DNA of 63,199 nt, filler included, from Choristocarpus tenellus KU-1152 (lineage: Eukaryota > Protista > Phaeophyceae): the NCBI GenBank assembly GCA_964200185.2. It is 10 parts of 10 records of this genome, joined end to end, with 100 filler letters (N's around TTAATTAATTAA, not from the genome) between each part and the next. Parts side by side here need not be neighbours in the genome. Positions count along the whole stretch, not along the records: positions 20,165 to 25,178 come from CAXNAD020012159.1; positions 25,279 to 38,554 come from CAXNAD020001541.1; 8 more parts are not named here. The stretch is one strand, 5' to 3'. Below the pieces are notes generated by a model. The model had not been told where the DNA came from and did not search any database. It worked only from the letters and a program-made list of their open reading frames with translations. The translations under genes were made by a program, and so were the position numbers. Positions 22,650 through 36,026 of this stretch are shown here, piece by piece (within the stretch, counting starts at the first letter, position 1; every line of letters begins with the position of its first letter).

Positions 22650-25624
22650 CTTCCACAAAAAGGTGACCTTTTCACACAAAGTCCACCATCACCATCTCGC
22701 GCGATATTCAATCTGGCGTGGTCCGCGTGTTTGTCGCCTTTCCTCATCATCCACTGAGGTTGTTCCCTACATAGATATTGAGGGTTCGAACCCTATCAAA
22801 GTCATATCTATTTTCATGGAAATATAGTTCCGATTGACCAATTCCACATTGCAACCACCACAGATTCTACACTACTCTACATATGATTTTTACTCTCACT
22901 ATAACACTTTAAAATGCCGAACTAATATTGAACTGCCAACGTTGAGGTGACCTCAAGACAAGATTTGAAGAAGTATCAAAGGGGAACCGATTGCTGAACC
23001 TATCTCAAAAAGTCATAAATAGGCTCAAGTACAGTTAGCTATTGCGGTTTAAGAATTAGTTACAATAATGATTCGAAATATAGGAAGTAGTAGAGCAATA
23101 ATTCCTGGTTCGGATTGTGAGTTGTATACGGCCTGAAACAGAACGAAAATATTTGTACAATATATATATTATCATATTGGATTTCAGAGGATTTAATTTG
23201 GCTCACAATATTCTGAGGTGTCGCAGACCCATCGTCAAATATGTAGTCGAAAGAAGTCAATATACACCTGATAACAATTCCAAAGGAGGGTTGTAAAAGA
23301 AAACAAGACAGGGGAAGAAAGAAGAGGATAAGAAGAGCAAAATGTCGAGGGCATAATAATAAAATAAGAAGAGTTAAAAAAATAGATGTAGAAGAAGAAT
23401 ATGTCCCCACAGAAATCCCAGTTTCTATCTTACATTACAATGTATTGAGTGTGACTTGAAAAAATAATTTACTCATCACTTTGAGGGATCTCTTGGTTGT
23501 AGTTGTTTGAAATCTCTCGACCTTTCAAATTGGAAACCTTTGGGCGTGTTGGTTACACAGGAAGAGCAATTCGTGGATGAGTTGAGGAGGGTCATGATGC
23601 GCTGAGGGTTTCAGCAGGTCAGGATCGGTGCAGACACGCCTGTGATAGATTGTTTCCATACCGCTACATGTAACAATTTCAAGACACATCATGAGCTTCA
23701 AGCTAAGACACCCAAGCCGATGGGTAAGGCGGGACTTGACATACTTGTGGGATTCTTCTCTCTTGTTTCTAGACCGCAATTTTAGTGTCAGCCCCACGAG
23801 TAAATTCCCACCTGCCTGTGTGTGATTCATCATATGTTTCTCGGTTGATTTTGGATATAATGTGACCAATACATATATTTCCTAGCGTAAACGGAGGTGG
23901 TTTTTAGTTTCAAGCATCCTACATCTACAGTTGAAGTGTATTGGAAGGCCCTTGCTAGACTGAATTATGGTCATTGGTATTTTTCATGTGAGGACAGGGA
24001 AGAAACGTGCCAGGTAGGAAACAAAACAAACCAAACCCAACAACAGTGTTCATGTTACTTGCAACCAGTAGCTTCTAGTACATCAACGTAATTGTAGTAT
24101 ATATGAAAACAATAAACGTATTCTTTCCATATTCGCACTAGTATATTGTATTGAGTCGTAACGGATAAACGCATAGTAAGGGACCCCGCGCACTGGCATA
24201 AAATTTAGAGTAATCGGCTATAGTTACCTAAAAGCTCTAAAAGGTACCTACACACCTCATACCCCCCACCCTCCCTCCTCGCATGTGCATCCAGTCTCAA
24301 AAGGGGGGAAAGCTACTTCAGGACTACAGAATAATCTGTAGCAATACAAACAGTCACGTAGTAAAAAATAGACCGACATCATAAGCTTCCACTTAACGGA
24401 TTGCTGCAGGTAGCAGAGTGGTAGAGCATTCCAGGTAATGCTGTATGTGGTCTTGTGTCCTTGTGACTGGAGGACAGAAATGCGCTTTCTAACACCTCCA
24501 GGGCCTCAGGAAAATTTTCCCCCTAACATCAAGGTAAGAACCACGAAAAAGGCATTTTGAAGGCCAAGACGATTGGAGAGAGTGTGCTCCTTTATATCAT
24601 AGAAACAAAGCAAGATGAAGGCAGTATAGTATACCCAGGGAAAGCGGGAAGAAAGGCACGATGTAGCAAATACTGTATGGACTTGGGAGTTGTTAGGCGT
24701 CTGATCTCAGCAAGGTCAGCTACAAATTACCACAAGATCGCCAATCAAAGCAAATGTATCTAGCTGACGCCCGACAATGTAGGTGTAAAGACTGATGTAC
24801 AGATGAATTTGGTTGTCTTACTCCACACACGATCAGAGTGATACCATTGAAGAGGACGGCATCGTTGAGTTTTGTCGACCCCTATGATTGCTTTGCGGTA
24901 TCTTCGTTTTTTTTACTGTAGAGTTTGCTTTCGACAATGTACTCACAGCTTTTATCTACAGCCTCGCCCTCATAGGGTGTGCTAACTACATTTTATGATT
25001 TTGCATGGTGTATGTGTTGAACTATCCCACACTGGACCCGCGGCTTTTATGGTGCTTTAATGAAGGACAAAGAACAGCTTGATGTGGATGAGTAAGGTTA
25101 ATATTACAGGGGTCTTGTGGTCTCGATTCCGCTGACTGAGAAGGTGGGTAAGACCAGTGCAGCCTACCATGTGGAGATNNNNNNNNNNNNNNNNNNNNNN
25201 NNNNNNNNNNNNNNNNNNNNNNTTAATTAATTAANNNNNNNNNNNNNNNNNNNNNNNNNNNNNNNNNNNNNNNNNNNNGGGGGGGGGACAAAGGGAGGTG
25301 TCCGTTGTCTGTTTTGCCTTTCTGGATCTGGGGTGTATTGGGTGGCGATGTTAGTGGTAGGTTATTTGAAGGATTACATTCTGTTTTCATTTTTATTAGT
25401 ATTTGTTGTATCTAAGAAAATGTATATATATATATATATAAACATTTAAAAATGATTAGGTTGTTCAGTTTACCAGGGATGTCCTCAGGTCATTTTTTGA
25501 GCATCGTTTGTTCGATGTAAGGAGGTGTTTTGTTCGTTTCTTGTTGAGGCTGTCTATTGTAGCGACGGATGGCGTTGATCTTTGTTACCACTTTTTTTTA
25601 TGTGTGAAACACAGACCCATCCAC

Positions 25625-25662
<38 letters not shown>

Positions 25663-25866
25663 GTTTTCAAATCAATGTCATTGCAAGTCCTCTCTCCTTG
25701 TTTTCTCATAAAGATAGTGAATGCTATCGTGTTGCCTTGATCCAACCCATGTCCCAGCCTGACGATGTTAGAATCCAGCACAACTGCACAGGCGTGCACA
25801 TTGACATATTTTGTTTTGCTGTGACTTGATTCCTGTGTTTCTTCTTTGTCTCTTGGGATTGGACAG

Positions 25867-28800
25867 ACTACCTCTGGGCAACAGGCAGTTGTCTATGCTA
25901 CACCCACTGCAGATAGCTTTGCGTCAAAGACTGGGAGTCTAGAGAGAGTCACCGATAGCGAGTACTGTGACATGGATGTAGGGACCCTCACATCTACTGT
26001 TCTCGAGGTGAGCAAGATGGGGAATGTGACTCTGTGGTTGCAGTGGATGCCTGAGCTAACTGGTTGGAATGAGTAATTCTCCTGTGGAGCGACATGTTTT
26101 TGTTTTACCTGATGCTACTACTGTTTTTATTTCTTTCAACTCTTTTTTTTTTAATTTTCTGTTCCCTTTCAGTAGTTTGAATCTGAGAATTTTTGTGGGC
26201 ATGATTCCTGACTATTTCAGGAATTTCCTGACTTGTGGCGCCTTGGATCCGGCGGTCAGCAGAGCACTATGACAGTATGACAGTATGACAGTATGATATT
26301 TACCAATAACGGTTTTGAGTGGTTTCACATATACTGTTTAGAGCGCTATGACAGTATGACAGTATGATATTTATCGATAACGGTTTTGAGTGGTTTCACA
26401 TACACTGTTTACAATTCTTTATAGTGCATCACCGGCTAAACAGAAAGTCTATTTTAAGAACATTTTTAAGAACACTGTGCGCGTCCTTGTTGCTTACGCT
26501 CTTAGTCCTTTTTTTTTCAACACAAAATAAGGAGTGGTTAAAAGAGGGTATACCCTGTTAGTATGTTTAACGGAAGAGGGTACATGAATTGTGTGTATGT
26601 TTTTTTTTTGTTTTTCCGATGCCTCCTTTCTCGGTAGGCAGATCTTGTGTGGTCGTTTCAGAACTTTCTTTGTGGATTTACTATTTAAGTAGTGTTGTTT
26701 GAGACATGGGATCCATGGTTCTATTTTCTTGCTCAGATGCATTGAAAAAGAACAGTTCTGATTGTGAGAGAATAACTATCTCTGTTTAGTGACATGGAGA
26801 AGAAGTAGTGGGTTAGGTTTGTTCTAAATCCTACATCGATGGCCGATGACAGGCGTTATTATTACCTAGCTCCTGCATATGTTGTTCGCATGCTATTTCC
26901 TAGAATGTTAATTCAATGTCTCTATAATTGAATGTCGTCATTCATCACTAATCTACCGTTATACACACATTGTCTTGCTATATACATAAGTACTCCTTCG
27001 TGTGTACTAATAGCCACCTTCAGTGTCTACCGCACTCCAAACCGTCTCCTTGTGCAAACATCTATCTGTTTTAACTTCATGTCGTCACCCGTAGTTCCGA
27101 CAAGTTCTACATGTACCTGTTGTGGGATATATATAGCACACATGCGCCCATGCAATGTTTAGGGACGGCGTTACATTTTTTTTGTTCTTGAATGGCCTGT
27201 GTGTTTATTTGTTGGTAATGTTCGATTGTAGGTTAGGGGATGTATGTAGTGTTGTAAAAAAAAAAATTTATACAGACAGCAGCGGTGTCACTGCAGGTAG
27301 TGGTAGTTTTAGTTGGCTTCGTTTGGTGATGACTCAGTTCTCACCTGAAAATATGCCGAACGTAGTAGGGTTAGGGTTAGGGTTAGGGTTTGTGTTGAAT
27401 AGTGTGCTGCCGAGCTTTCTTTTTCTGTTTGTGAATGTTGGAACAATTGTTTCGCCCTGCCTGCTGAACTACTACAGCTGTTTTTGTTCTGACTTGAAAG
27501 TGCTCTAACATGGCCCAGCTCAGTGTCCGCCTCTCTTCCTCTCTCCCTCTAGTGTCTTCACGTTTACTTAAAAAAAAAAATCAGGACTGCGATGGTATTT
27601 ATCAATAATAATAATATATATATGCGTGTATAAGTTGAAGAAAATTGTCCTACGTGTCCTGGGTGTTTTTGTTAGTGGGAATATTTTAAATTTTGTATGG
27701 CTTGGTTGACCGTCCCATTTTGAGCATATATGCTTTGCTAACTGCTTTTTTTTTGTTTGTCTTTTTTCCCATTTTTTTTTGTGATCGGTTGCTCTTCGCT
27801 GAATGAAACCAACCCCACCCCCTCCATTGCAATCACACCAGCATGTTCACACATTTTGTTGCATTTAATTTAATTTTCTTCAACTTGTTTGTTCACCTTC
27901 TCCATCAATAAATGCGTGTACTATATATATATATATATACTTTTTTTCATTTTTTCATTTTTTTTTATCACTTTTCAGGCGGGCTCGATCGCAACTGCAC
28001 CGGAAGAGGACAGTGAGGGTGGCATCAACAGTGTCCTCTACATTGCTGGAGGAGGCGTTTTGTTTGCTGTTGTCGTTGCCGTTCTGTTCTGTTGTCACCA
28101 GTACAAGAACAGCAAGAACGGGGATCTCGATCATATGCGGAGGAACCTGGGGTATACTGCTGACAACAAGGGTCAGGCAGGCAACTTTGGACCCACCAAC
28201 AGTCATGTGGTGGTTCAGCGGGGGAGAGGCTCGACAAAGCCCACGGCGCAGAAGCTGGCCTCTGGAAGTTTCCAGCCCACATATGCCCTTCGTAACAGCG
28301 CCCCCAGTGAGGCGCCTTCATCCCTTATCGAGGATAATATTGCTAATAATTACCAGCCGAAGGCAGCTGCCAAGGTGACCGCTCTAGTGTTGTATGGGTG
28401 TGGTGGGTATTGTTTGTGTGTGTTTGTGTGTGTGTGCAAAATTTGTGGTTTGGGTTTTAGTAGTGCTTGTATGGTTTTTGTTTGCTGTAATGGTGTATCC
28501 TGTGGTGTGCGTACTTTGAGGTCTTTTTTTTTTGGATGGTTTTGTGAGACGCAGGGGCGTGGGCGAGGGTTATGATCACGATTGCGTTTTGATTGGCGCT
28601 TGGGTTGAAAGTGGAACTCTGATTGTACTTTCACAACAATGGTTATGCTTGTGTCTGATGTGACAGACCTGTTCAAGGTACAGATGTGTGTCCAATGTGG
28701 TCGGTTGTCTGGGTCGTTCATAGAAAGGATTCATTGTATTATTGTTTGTGTGCAATAACGCCCGAGAAGCATCCGATACCCAGCTACTAAAAAATATGTA

Positions 28801-29824
28801 TGTTCCCCCTCCTCCAACGCACCCATTTGTTTTTGTTTTTAAGATGCGGGAGACGAAAAAGGGGAAGAACCAGACTCAAGGAGGTTCGCCAGGGGTGATG
28901 CGATCAGAAGAGCTAAAGGCTGAGGCACGCTTACCGATGACCCAAGACCGACTCAGTGAGCACAGCCTCAACCAACTCGACTACGCAAGGAACGCTGTTC
29001 AGGGACAGGCTCATCCCTCGGCTGCACAGGCTCAGTACGGCTACGGCTTTGAGGATGATGATGATGATGCACAGTCAGCCGCTACAGGGATGTCAGGTCC
29101 AAGCAAGTATGCTCCGAGTGGCTATGCTCCTAGTGTTCACAGAGGTGTGACCCACGACTTGATGAGTACGTATGAGCCCAGCGTGTATGAGGCGGAGAGC
29201 ACGTATGACCCAAGCCTCTATGGACGTGAGAGTGATTACACGGTTGATCATCATGATTATGGCTTCGGTGGGGGGGTTGCGCCCAGGGGAAGCATCACTC
29301 CAAGCGTGGCTGATACTGCAGCTGGCAGCCGGCTAGGCAGTGTGGTGGAAGACAATCTGGATGGGCGTGGTGGGTATGCCCCTTCTGAGTCGTACGTCTC
29401 ATCGTACTTGTCCTCTACCGATGAGGACGATCATGGTCACAGGGGTGGTGGTATGCCGGGTAGAGTGGGTGGGGCGCACCCCAGCGCTATTGATATGAAT
29501 GACACACAGAGTCCAGCCTATACGCAGAGTCGACACAGTGCTTATCGCAGTGGGCGTGGGGGTGGCCACACTTCGGGTATGGGAGGGAGAAGTCCGCCAT
29601 CGGGATACTCTCAAGAACGGGATATGGAGGAGTATTCGGATAGTCAGTACATGGATGGGCCCGACCATCGGGGTGATGACCTTGATTTTTTCTCTGATGA
29701 TGGGAGTAGTCGACCGGGTGGGATGAGCAGTCGGGGAGACAGTGCTGCCCTCTCTGGAGGGGGGCACCTGATGGGGGTGGATGAGAACGCGGAAGTGGTC
29801 ATGAGTAAGAATACAAGGTGGTGA
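25867..29824 (+). CDS. Single-pass membrane protein, 3' part (TM helix plus long disordered Tyr/Ser/Gly-rich tail); 5' exons not present in this contig
   Basis: join(25867..26007,27979..28374,28844..29824), all phase 0, GT-AG. Hydrophobic helix VLYIAGGGVLFAVVVAVLFCC is followed by basic HQYKNSK and a low-complexity tail of about 420 aa. Confidence 0.75.
26261..26411. repeat. Intronic tandem duplication (70-80 bp unit) containing (TATGACAG)n
   Basis: Two copies of ctatgacagtatgacag...ataacggttttgagtggtttcacata(t/c)actgttta. Confidence 0.85.
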
Positions 29825-32032
29825 GAAGGGTTAGGGTTGGAGAACGAGGAACGTTGGCAGGGTTGGTGTGTTTCTTGTGATGCTCTTTGGACAGACACCC
29901 TTTTGGTGTGTGCTGTGGTTGGTTTGGGGGGGCGGAGGAGGGGAGCCCGAATTGGGTTGTACTTGAAGCATATGGATTTTATTTGTACTACAATATGATG
30001 AATAAATGGAGAGATGACCTTCGGTGGGGGGGGGGAGAGGGGGGAGAGGACTTATCATCGAAATCATGCACTGGGGAGGGAATGTCAACAGGGGTATGGA
30101 GCGATATGGAAGAGTCTCCGTGGAATGGTTTATATAGTAGGGTGCTGAGTGGACTATGGTCGACAGGTAGTTCGGGGTGATGTGCAAGCCGGATTGCGTA
30201 TTAGAGTTATATATGTAGTGTTGTTGATTCTTGTTAGTTTTTCCGATTTTCTTTTTCAGGTTGTGGACTTTTGGTCTCCCTGTGGTTAGTTGGTTCGGGT
30301 TTGATTACTTTTTTTTTTTCGCTTACACTACTTACAGGAGCATTTACTTTTGGTTGTAATATGAGAATAGGAGCAACACCGGCATGGGCCAGATGTTTTG
30401 TCTTTTGTAGGAGGTAGTTTCGAATTCTTAATGTGCTGCTGGAAGGTGGCTGTTGTATATGAGTGGGGCTGAATATGGATGACATAGATGGCAGCCGCTT
30501 GGTGTTTGCTTGCTCCTCACGGATCAATAAATATTGTCCATGAAAAGGTGCTGTTTTACGTCATGATTTATGTGAATGTTTGGGGGGTAAATGTTGTGCT
30601 CCTGCTTCCCATTAAGCTATGGAAGGTGACCAGATTTCCCCCTCCCTTCCCCTTTCCCTTCCCCTTTCCCCACCGTTCTATCCTATTTTGTTGGTGTCAC
30701 CCATTCCTTATGACTGGGTCAATCTTGTGGGGTTGTGGAGAGGTATCAATACTGCGCCATACGGTAATGTAGTAATCTAATATTGATTGATACCCTGAAT
30801 CTCTCTGGACTCTTGTGTTCCTTTTTTCGAGTGATCTAGTTGTACATTTTGTAGTATCATGAATGCAAGTTAGGGGTTATATCTGTCCGTCTCTTTTAAG
30901 TGGATTATTTGCCTTAAGTTAGTGTCAAAAGCGTGGTAACAGAATCAGAGTACTGTTTCTCCGTGGTTGGCTGAATCGAGTAAGAGCAGTTATTCTTTTT
31001 GCGGTTCAACCTTGTTCTGAGACTGGAGAAAGATCTCTCCAACTTGCAGTCAACCTTCTGGGTGCAAATGCAGTGCCTCTTTAGTTCGGGTATTATGTTT
31101 GTATGTATGGTAAGGTAGAATTAAGAACATAATTTTCTCATTACTTGGTGGTAGAATTGGCATAATTTTGAGCCATCCTATCTCGGAAGGGGGTGTCGAC
31201 TGTTTTAAGCCCCTGTGAGTCCCTGCTGTAAGTGTTCTTGTAGCACACTGGAGGACGATTTTGTTCTTAGTTATGTTGATGAACGTTTGCCTCCTCTTCT
31301 ACAGCCACAGCTTCCTGAAGGGGCTTAGGTGCATTTCATGCATGGAAAATAGGATCTCAAGTAAAAGATTGAAAGCCTCTGAATATTGAAGAGTGCCTAA
31401 CTTGACCCGCCTCTTGAAGATGGGATGGCTCCTTGTTCTGCAGATTGATTGAGAAAATCAACATTACGCGCTTTGACCAAGGGCACAGACAGGTGAGTAG
31501 GTAACTATCTGTGCCTCTTCTGACTTGGATGTGTGTATGTCGACAAGTAATGGGTGGAGATGGTACGATTTCTTCAACTTCTCAATGTTTGGTAGCTTCT
31601 TTTGTCCCGTTACATTTCAAGAGAGTACAAACAACATGAAGACATCGTTCGTTGCCGTAAAATATGCTTCACGGATTTTTTTTGTCATTATGAATATCTA
31701 TTAATAGTAGTATGTTCTGGATCTGTAAGAACAAAAAAATGTTGGTAATAGTAGTGATAAATGGAACCCTCATGAAATGTTTTATTTTTGATAGGTTCCA
31801 AATTGACTTGCTTTTAGAGTGCATGTTGTGGCCCTACTCCAGTGTGCGCTCGCTGATTGGTCATACAGAAGTTGTAGGGGTTTGAAGAACACGAAGATCT
31901 AAGAACTGTTTCTTCTCTGAAATATTGTTTATCTTGATTGCAACTACTGCCCCTGTGTGTGTGAACAAAATATTTGCTGTACTTTCAACCAAAGTTATTT
32001 TTTTGAGTTAGATATATTAGATATATACCCTG

Positions 32033-32471
32033 TCGGGATGACCTCCGATTTCAAAACGGATTTTTGCATTGGATTCCTTGAAAAAATGTACGCAACATGA
32101 GTTAACACATGAGAAACTATATCCCGAAATTATTATGAAAATATGGAACTGAGGTTAGGCGGGTATAGGCCCACAAGAAGGCACTGAATTGGTGGACTTA
32201 AGGCGTTGAGTGAAAGGGAGGAAAAAACGTCGAGGAACCAATCCAAAAATCCGTTTGAAATCGGAGGTCATCCCGAAGAGTTTTATGCATATATAAAGGA
32301 ACACTCTTATGATGGGACAAGTGGGAGTATAATATCAGTAACACAAAAGATGAGTAGCCTATGTTTTCAACACAGTCGAGACCTTCCTATATTTTTCAAA
32401 TATAACTCTTACGTAAGATTTTCCGAGGAATCGAACGCAAAAATCCGTTTTGAAATTACAGGTCATCCCGA
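32033..32471. mobile_element. MITE-like element with TIRs of about 45-50 bp (TCGGGATGACCTCCGATTTCAAAACGG...) plus an extra right-end copy
   Basis: Inverted pair 32033..~32080 and ~32230..32276. A third copy in right-end orientation lies at ~32421..32471. Confidence 0.65.
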
Positions 32472-33626
32472 AGAGATACATGCATAAAGGAACAGACTTA
32501 TTGGACAGTTTACATACATATTATAAAGTGGTACCAATAGCTTCGTGGTCTGTGGCAATCTTGCTTTTTTTCACTCTCTTGCCACGAGGGGTTTGCAACA
32601 ATATCAATATCAAATGAACGCTTATACCAAGAGGGGTTGAAGGTTTGTATGCAGGAATGTACTAACTCCAGCGAACGGGAACTATATCCCGATCAAAGAA
32701 TGACGAAAACGCGGGGGAATAACTCCAGTGCAATTTTGATGATCACAACCTCAAAAGATACAAAATGAAGTAGTTGACTGAATTCCCTGCAAACACCTGG
32801 TCCGGGATAGGCCCCTGTCAAAATACGGTGCGTGTATAGCCATACAAAAAAAAGCAAGATTCTCGGACATCTTTTTAACGCCTTTTTTTGCAGACTTTCT
32901 GTGAACACATAAACAGGTGACCCACACAGCAATAATAATATGGATCACGATGGTGAGAAAAGGAGAGCCGCTGAAGCCACTCTGCCCTCTGGATCTACCC
33001 TCGGCACCTTCTCTGTCGAGAGGCAACAAAAAAACAAGTACCGTGTGGTACTCAGTGTGGTGTTAGGCGACGAGAAAGTGCATGTACTGTGGTGCAGCAG
33101 CATGATCAATTCGCAAAATGGATCACGTGGCCACGACACTGACACTGAGAGAAGATGCATTGAAATGAAAGCATTACCACACAAACGTGGTTTGATCTTC
33201 AACCACGTCAGAGCACAGCTCTGCAGTCTCTGCCGCCTCAGGAAAGCAGGAAGAGAGCAGAGAGTCCGTCACCAGGTGTGGTACAGTGACGAAGTCTGTG
33301 GGGAAGCCTGGTCATGGCGGGCGAAGGGAGAATCAGAGTGACCGGCTGAAGGGAAGGTTGGGGAAGAGAGCAGTGCGACTGCGTGCCATTGCGCTCAGGA
33401 AACGCCTAAGCGAAAACTCGGGTGTAGAATATCTTAGTATTTGACAGTTGTAGCAGAGGCCCTGACTGTTTGGAAGCTATGTGAGCCGGAGTGACTTAGG
33501 AAACGAGAAAGAAGGTGTTAGGCTTAGGCCACAAGGGCTCTGGAGCCCGAAAGAAAAAACATTTTCGGCGCCCAACGAGGAAATGTGATAATTAAGGCTC
33601 TAACATTGTGAATCCTGTATCTGTGT

Positions 33627-33881
33627 ATGAATGACGGGAAAGACCGTCAAACGGTGCTCGATATGTCAGCAGGATATGTGATGGTCAGGTCGGAAACTGT
33701 GAGCAAATGGGAGAGATACTTCCTAACTAAGGGTCAGATCCAGGTGTCAGAGCGAGGGCGCAATGAGAGGCGTTTCGTTCTGGGCCTTGACGAGGACATC
33801 TTTGCCAAGGTCAAAGAGTGGATGCGCGAATACTCAGGAAGAAACGGTGGGCTTTTCCCCCATCTGAACCCTATACTTTAA
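33627..33881 (+). pseudogene. Possible relic of a DNA transposase N-terminal HTH region
   Basis: ETVSKWERYFLTKGQIQVSERGRN...LDEDIFAKVKEWMRE resembles, from memory, the DNA-binding region of Tc1/mariner-superfamily-like transposases. No DDE core was found. Confidence 0.3.
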
Positions 33882-34246
33882 TCAAGTAATAGTGTATCTG
33901 TTGCCACTCTTGGTGACCTACAATCCGAGGTTCAAACCCCAATATGACCGCTCTTTCTTCAACAATAGAAAAAAAATGGCGAAAAAGAAAAAACGAAGCC
34001 CGTACTCTGGAGGGCATTGCGATGGGCATCACGAATATGCTTTTATTTTTTAAATCCAATGTCTGCATCAAATGTTATGACGAGACAATCCCAGGCGCAT
34101 AAGCTATTGGTACCACTATATCAACTTATTTTTACCAATAATATACTCTGTCTCGTAAGTATGTATTATATTATTATGCCCTCTGACATTTTGCAGATGT
34201 GTCTGAGGGAAAACCAATGAGAACTATTCATATATATATATGTCGT

Positions 34247-35061
34247 TAGTATGTATCGCTTTGGTTTTTTGTCAATATCTTTAAATGTGAGATTCAGAAA
34301 CTACAAATAATATATAAATTATTATGCCCAATGACATTTGCAGATAATATCGTTCGATTGCTAAAAACTCCGGTTTGCGCATTAAATATCTTCAAAATAT
34401 TTGTTCATTCGATATGGTTGAGAAACGATTTCTGAACGCAAACGTTTTTTCGGAAATGATAAATTTAGCATTATTCAGCAAAAACACCAAAACCGATCAA
34501 AAATGGCTGGAAATGATGCTTAATCGGTCAACGTCTCAACGAGACCTGCGATGACGGCGCGATTAGTTGCTTTGGATTTCTTGGCGTTTTTTGCACTAAA
34601 TTTATTACTCGTCACTCTCATTCTCTCCTGAGTGAGGGCGTTCTGGATCACTTGATCCTCATTGACAAAGACGCGTACAATGCGGGCTGAACTTAGTGGA
34701 TTGAGGGAGAGAATGAGAGTGACGAGTAATAACTTTCGTGAAAAAAACGCCATGAAATCCAACGCAACTATCATCGCAGGTCTCGTTGAGACGTTGTGAC
34801 CGATTAACCATCATTTCCAGCCATTTTTGATCGGTTTGCCTGTGTTTGCTGTTTCGGTGTTTTTGGTAAATCTGTCATCTTGAAAAAAAACGTTTGTGTT
34901 CAGGGGGTTGCTTCTCAACCATTTCGAAATGAGCAAATATTTTGAAGATATGTACTATGCGCAAGTCGAGTTGTTGACTATCGAACGATATTATTATTAT
35001 TTGTAGTTTCTGAATATCACATTTGAAAGTTATTTATAAAATACCGTAACGATCCAGACTT
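34247..35061. mobile_element. Foldback element: inverted arms of about 360-380 bp around a spacer of about 75 bp
   Basis: Examples: aaaccgatcaaaaatggctggaaatgatg pairs with catcatttccagccatttttgatcggttt; ttattactcgtcactctcattctctcc pairs with ggagagaatgagagtgacgagtaataa. Confidence 0.85.
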
Positions 35062-35427
35062 ATGGGACACAGACAGGGAGTAATACTAATCATGAAATCA
35101 CTACAAAATGAATTGAGATCCATCAACTAACTATGCAACGAAAAGAAAATTGGTCACTTTTCTTCTGGTACTTCCGTCCATCTAAAATATATATTTGCCA
35201 CCATGATTCAGATGACTCTTTTTTTGTGGGTTGCCTTGCTCTCTAATTCTGGATTATTTGCTAGTCATCTATTCTTCTTAGTCTTCTCTATCCGCTCTAC
35301 TCAATCAATGTCACATCACTTCTTCCTTCTGTTGATACACTATCCTTATTTATCCATATCTAGTCCCCAACCACTGATCCAATTTCCACTCATCCTATCA
35401 CCAACCGATAGGGCCAATCTCCATTAA

Positions 35428-35575
35428 ACAGCCGATTTCAATAATTGAGGATGGAGCTTTTCATTGAGGATGGGCTTAACCCAAAATTGACTGGGATAAA
35501 GTGACGATATGTTTTTTTGGGGTTAAGCCCATCCTCAATGAAAAGCTCCATCCTCAATTTTTGAAATCGGCTGTT
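35428..35575. mobile_element. Near-perfect palindromic MITE (arms of about 60 bp)
   Basis: ACAGCCGATTTCAATAATTGAGGATGGAGCTTTTCATTGAGGATGGGCTTAACCC and its reverse complement, flanked by ATTAA on both sides. A second copy starts at ~57247 and runs into the gap. Confidence 0.85.
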
Positions 35576-36026
35576 ATTAATCCACTCCACGTTCCTCTAA
35601 AACACTCTCCACCACACCACACAAGAACTACCTAATTACTTTGAATTCTCAAATTGCAAAGTCAGATTACTTCACAACGTTTCCCTTTGGGGGGAGATAA
35701 TAAGGTATAGGTGTACCTTACCAAGGCATTGGTTGTATCTTCCCTTAACAATAATCAAATTCTTGGACAAGAATATCTCGAGTGTTCAAACTGGGGTTAA
35801 GAGGGTTAGCATTCCCTTATCCAAGAATAGGTTGATATCCTGTTGACGTAAATAATGAGCAAGGGCACACGTGTTCTTATTATGAGGAATCGTGATATTC
35901 TTTGAGGTTGAACAGATTCGTCCACCGATTTTGGGGGTTTGGTCCGATTAGCAGGTAAATTATTTACGTACATTCCTCCCTCTTTACTAAAAGTCAATAA
36001 TAATAGTTCAAACATATAAAACAATC

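Noticed and set aside
33885-33950. tRNA-like sequence with GGTTCAAACCC B-box
   Set aside because: No intact acceptor or anticodon stems; at most a decayed tRNA or SINE remnant.
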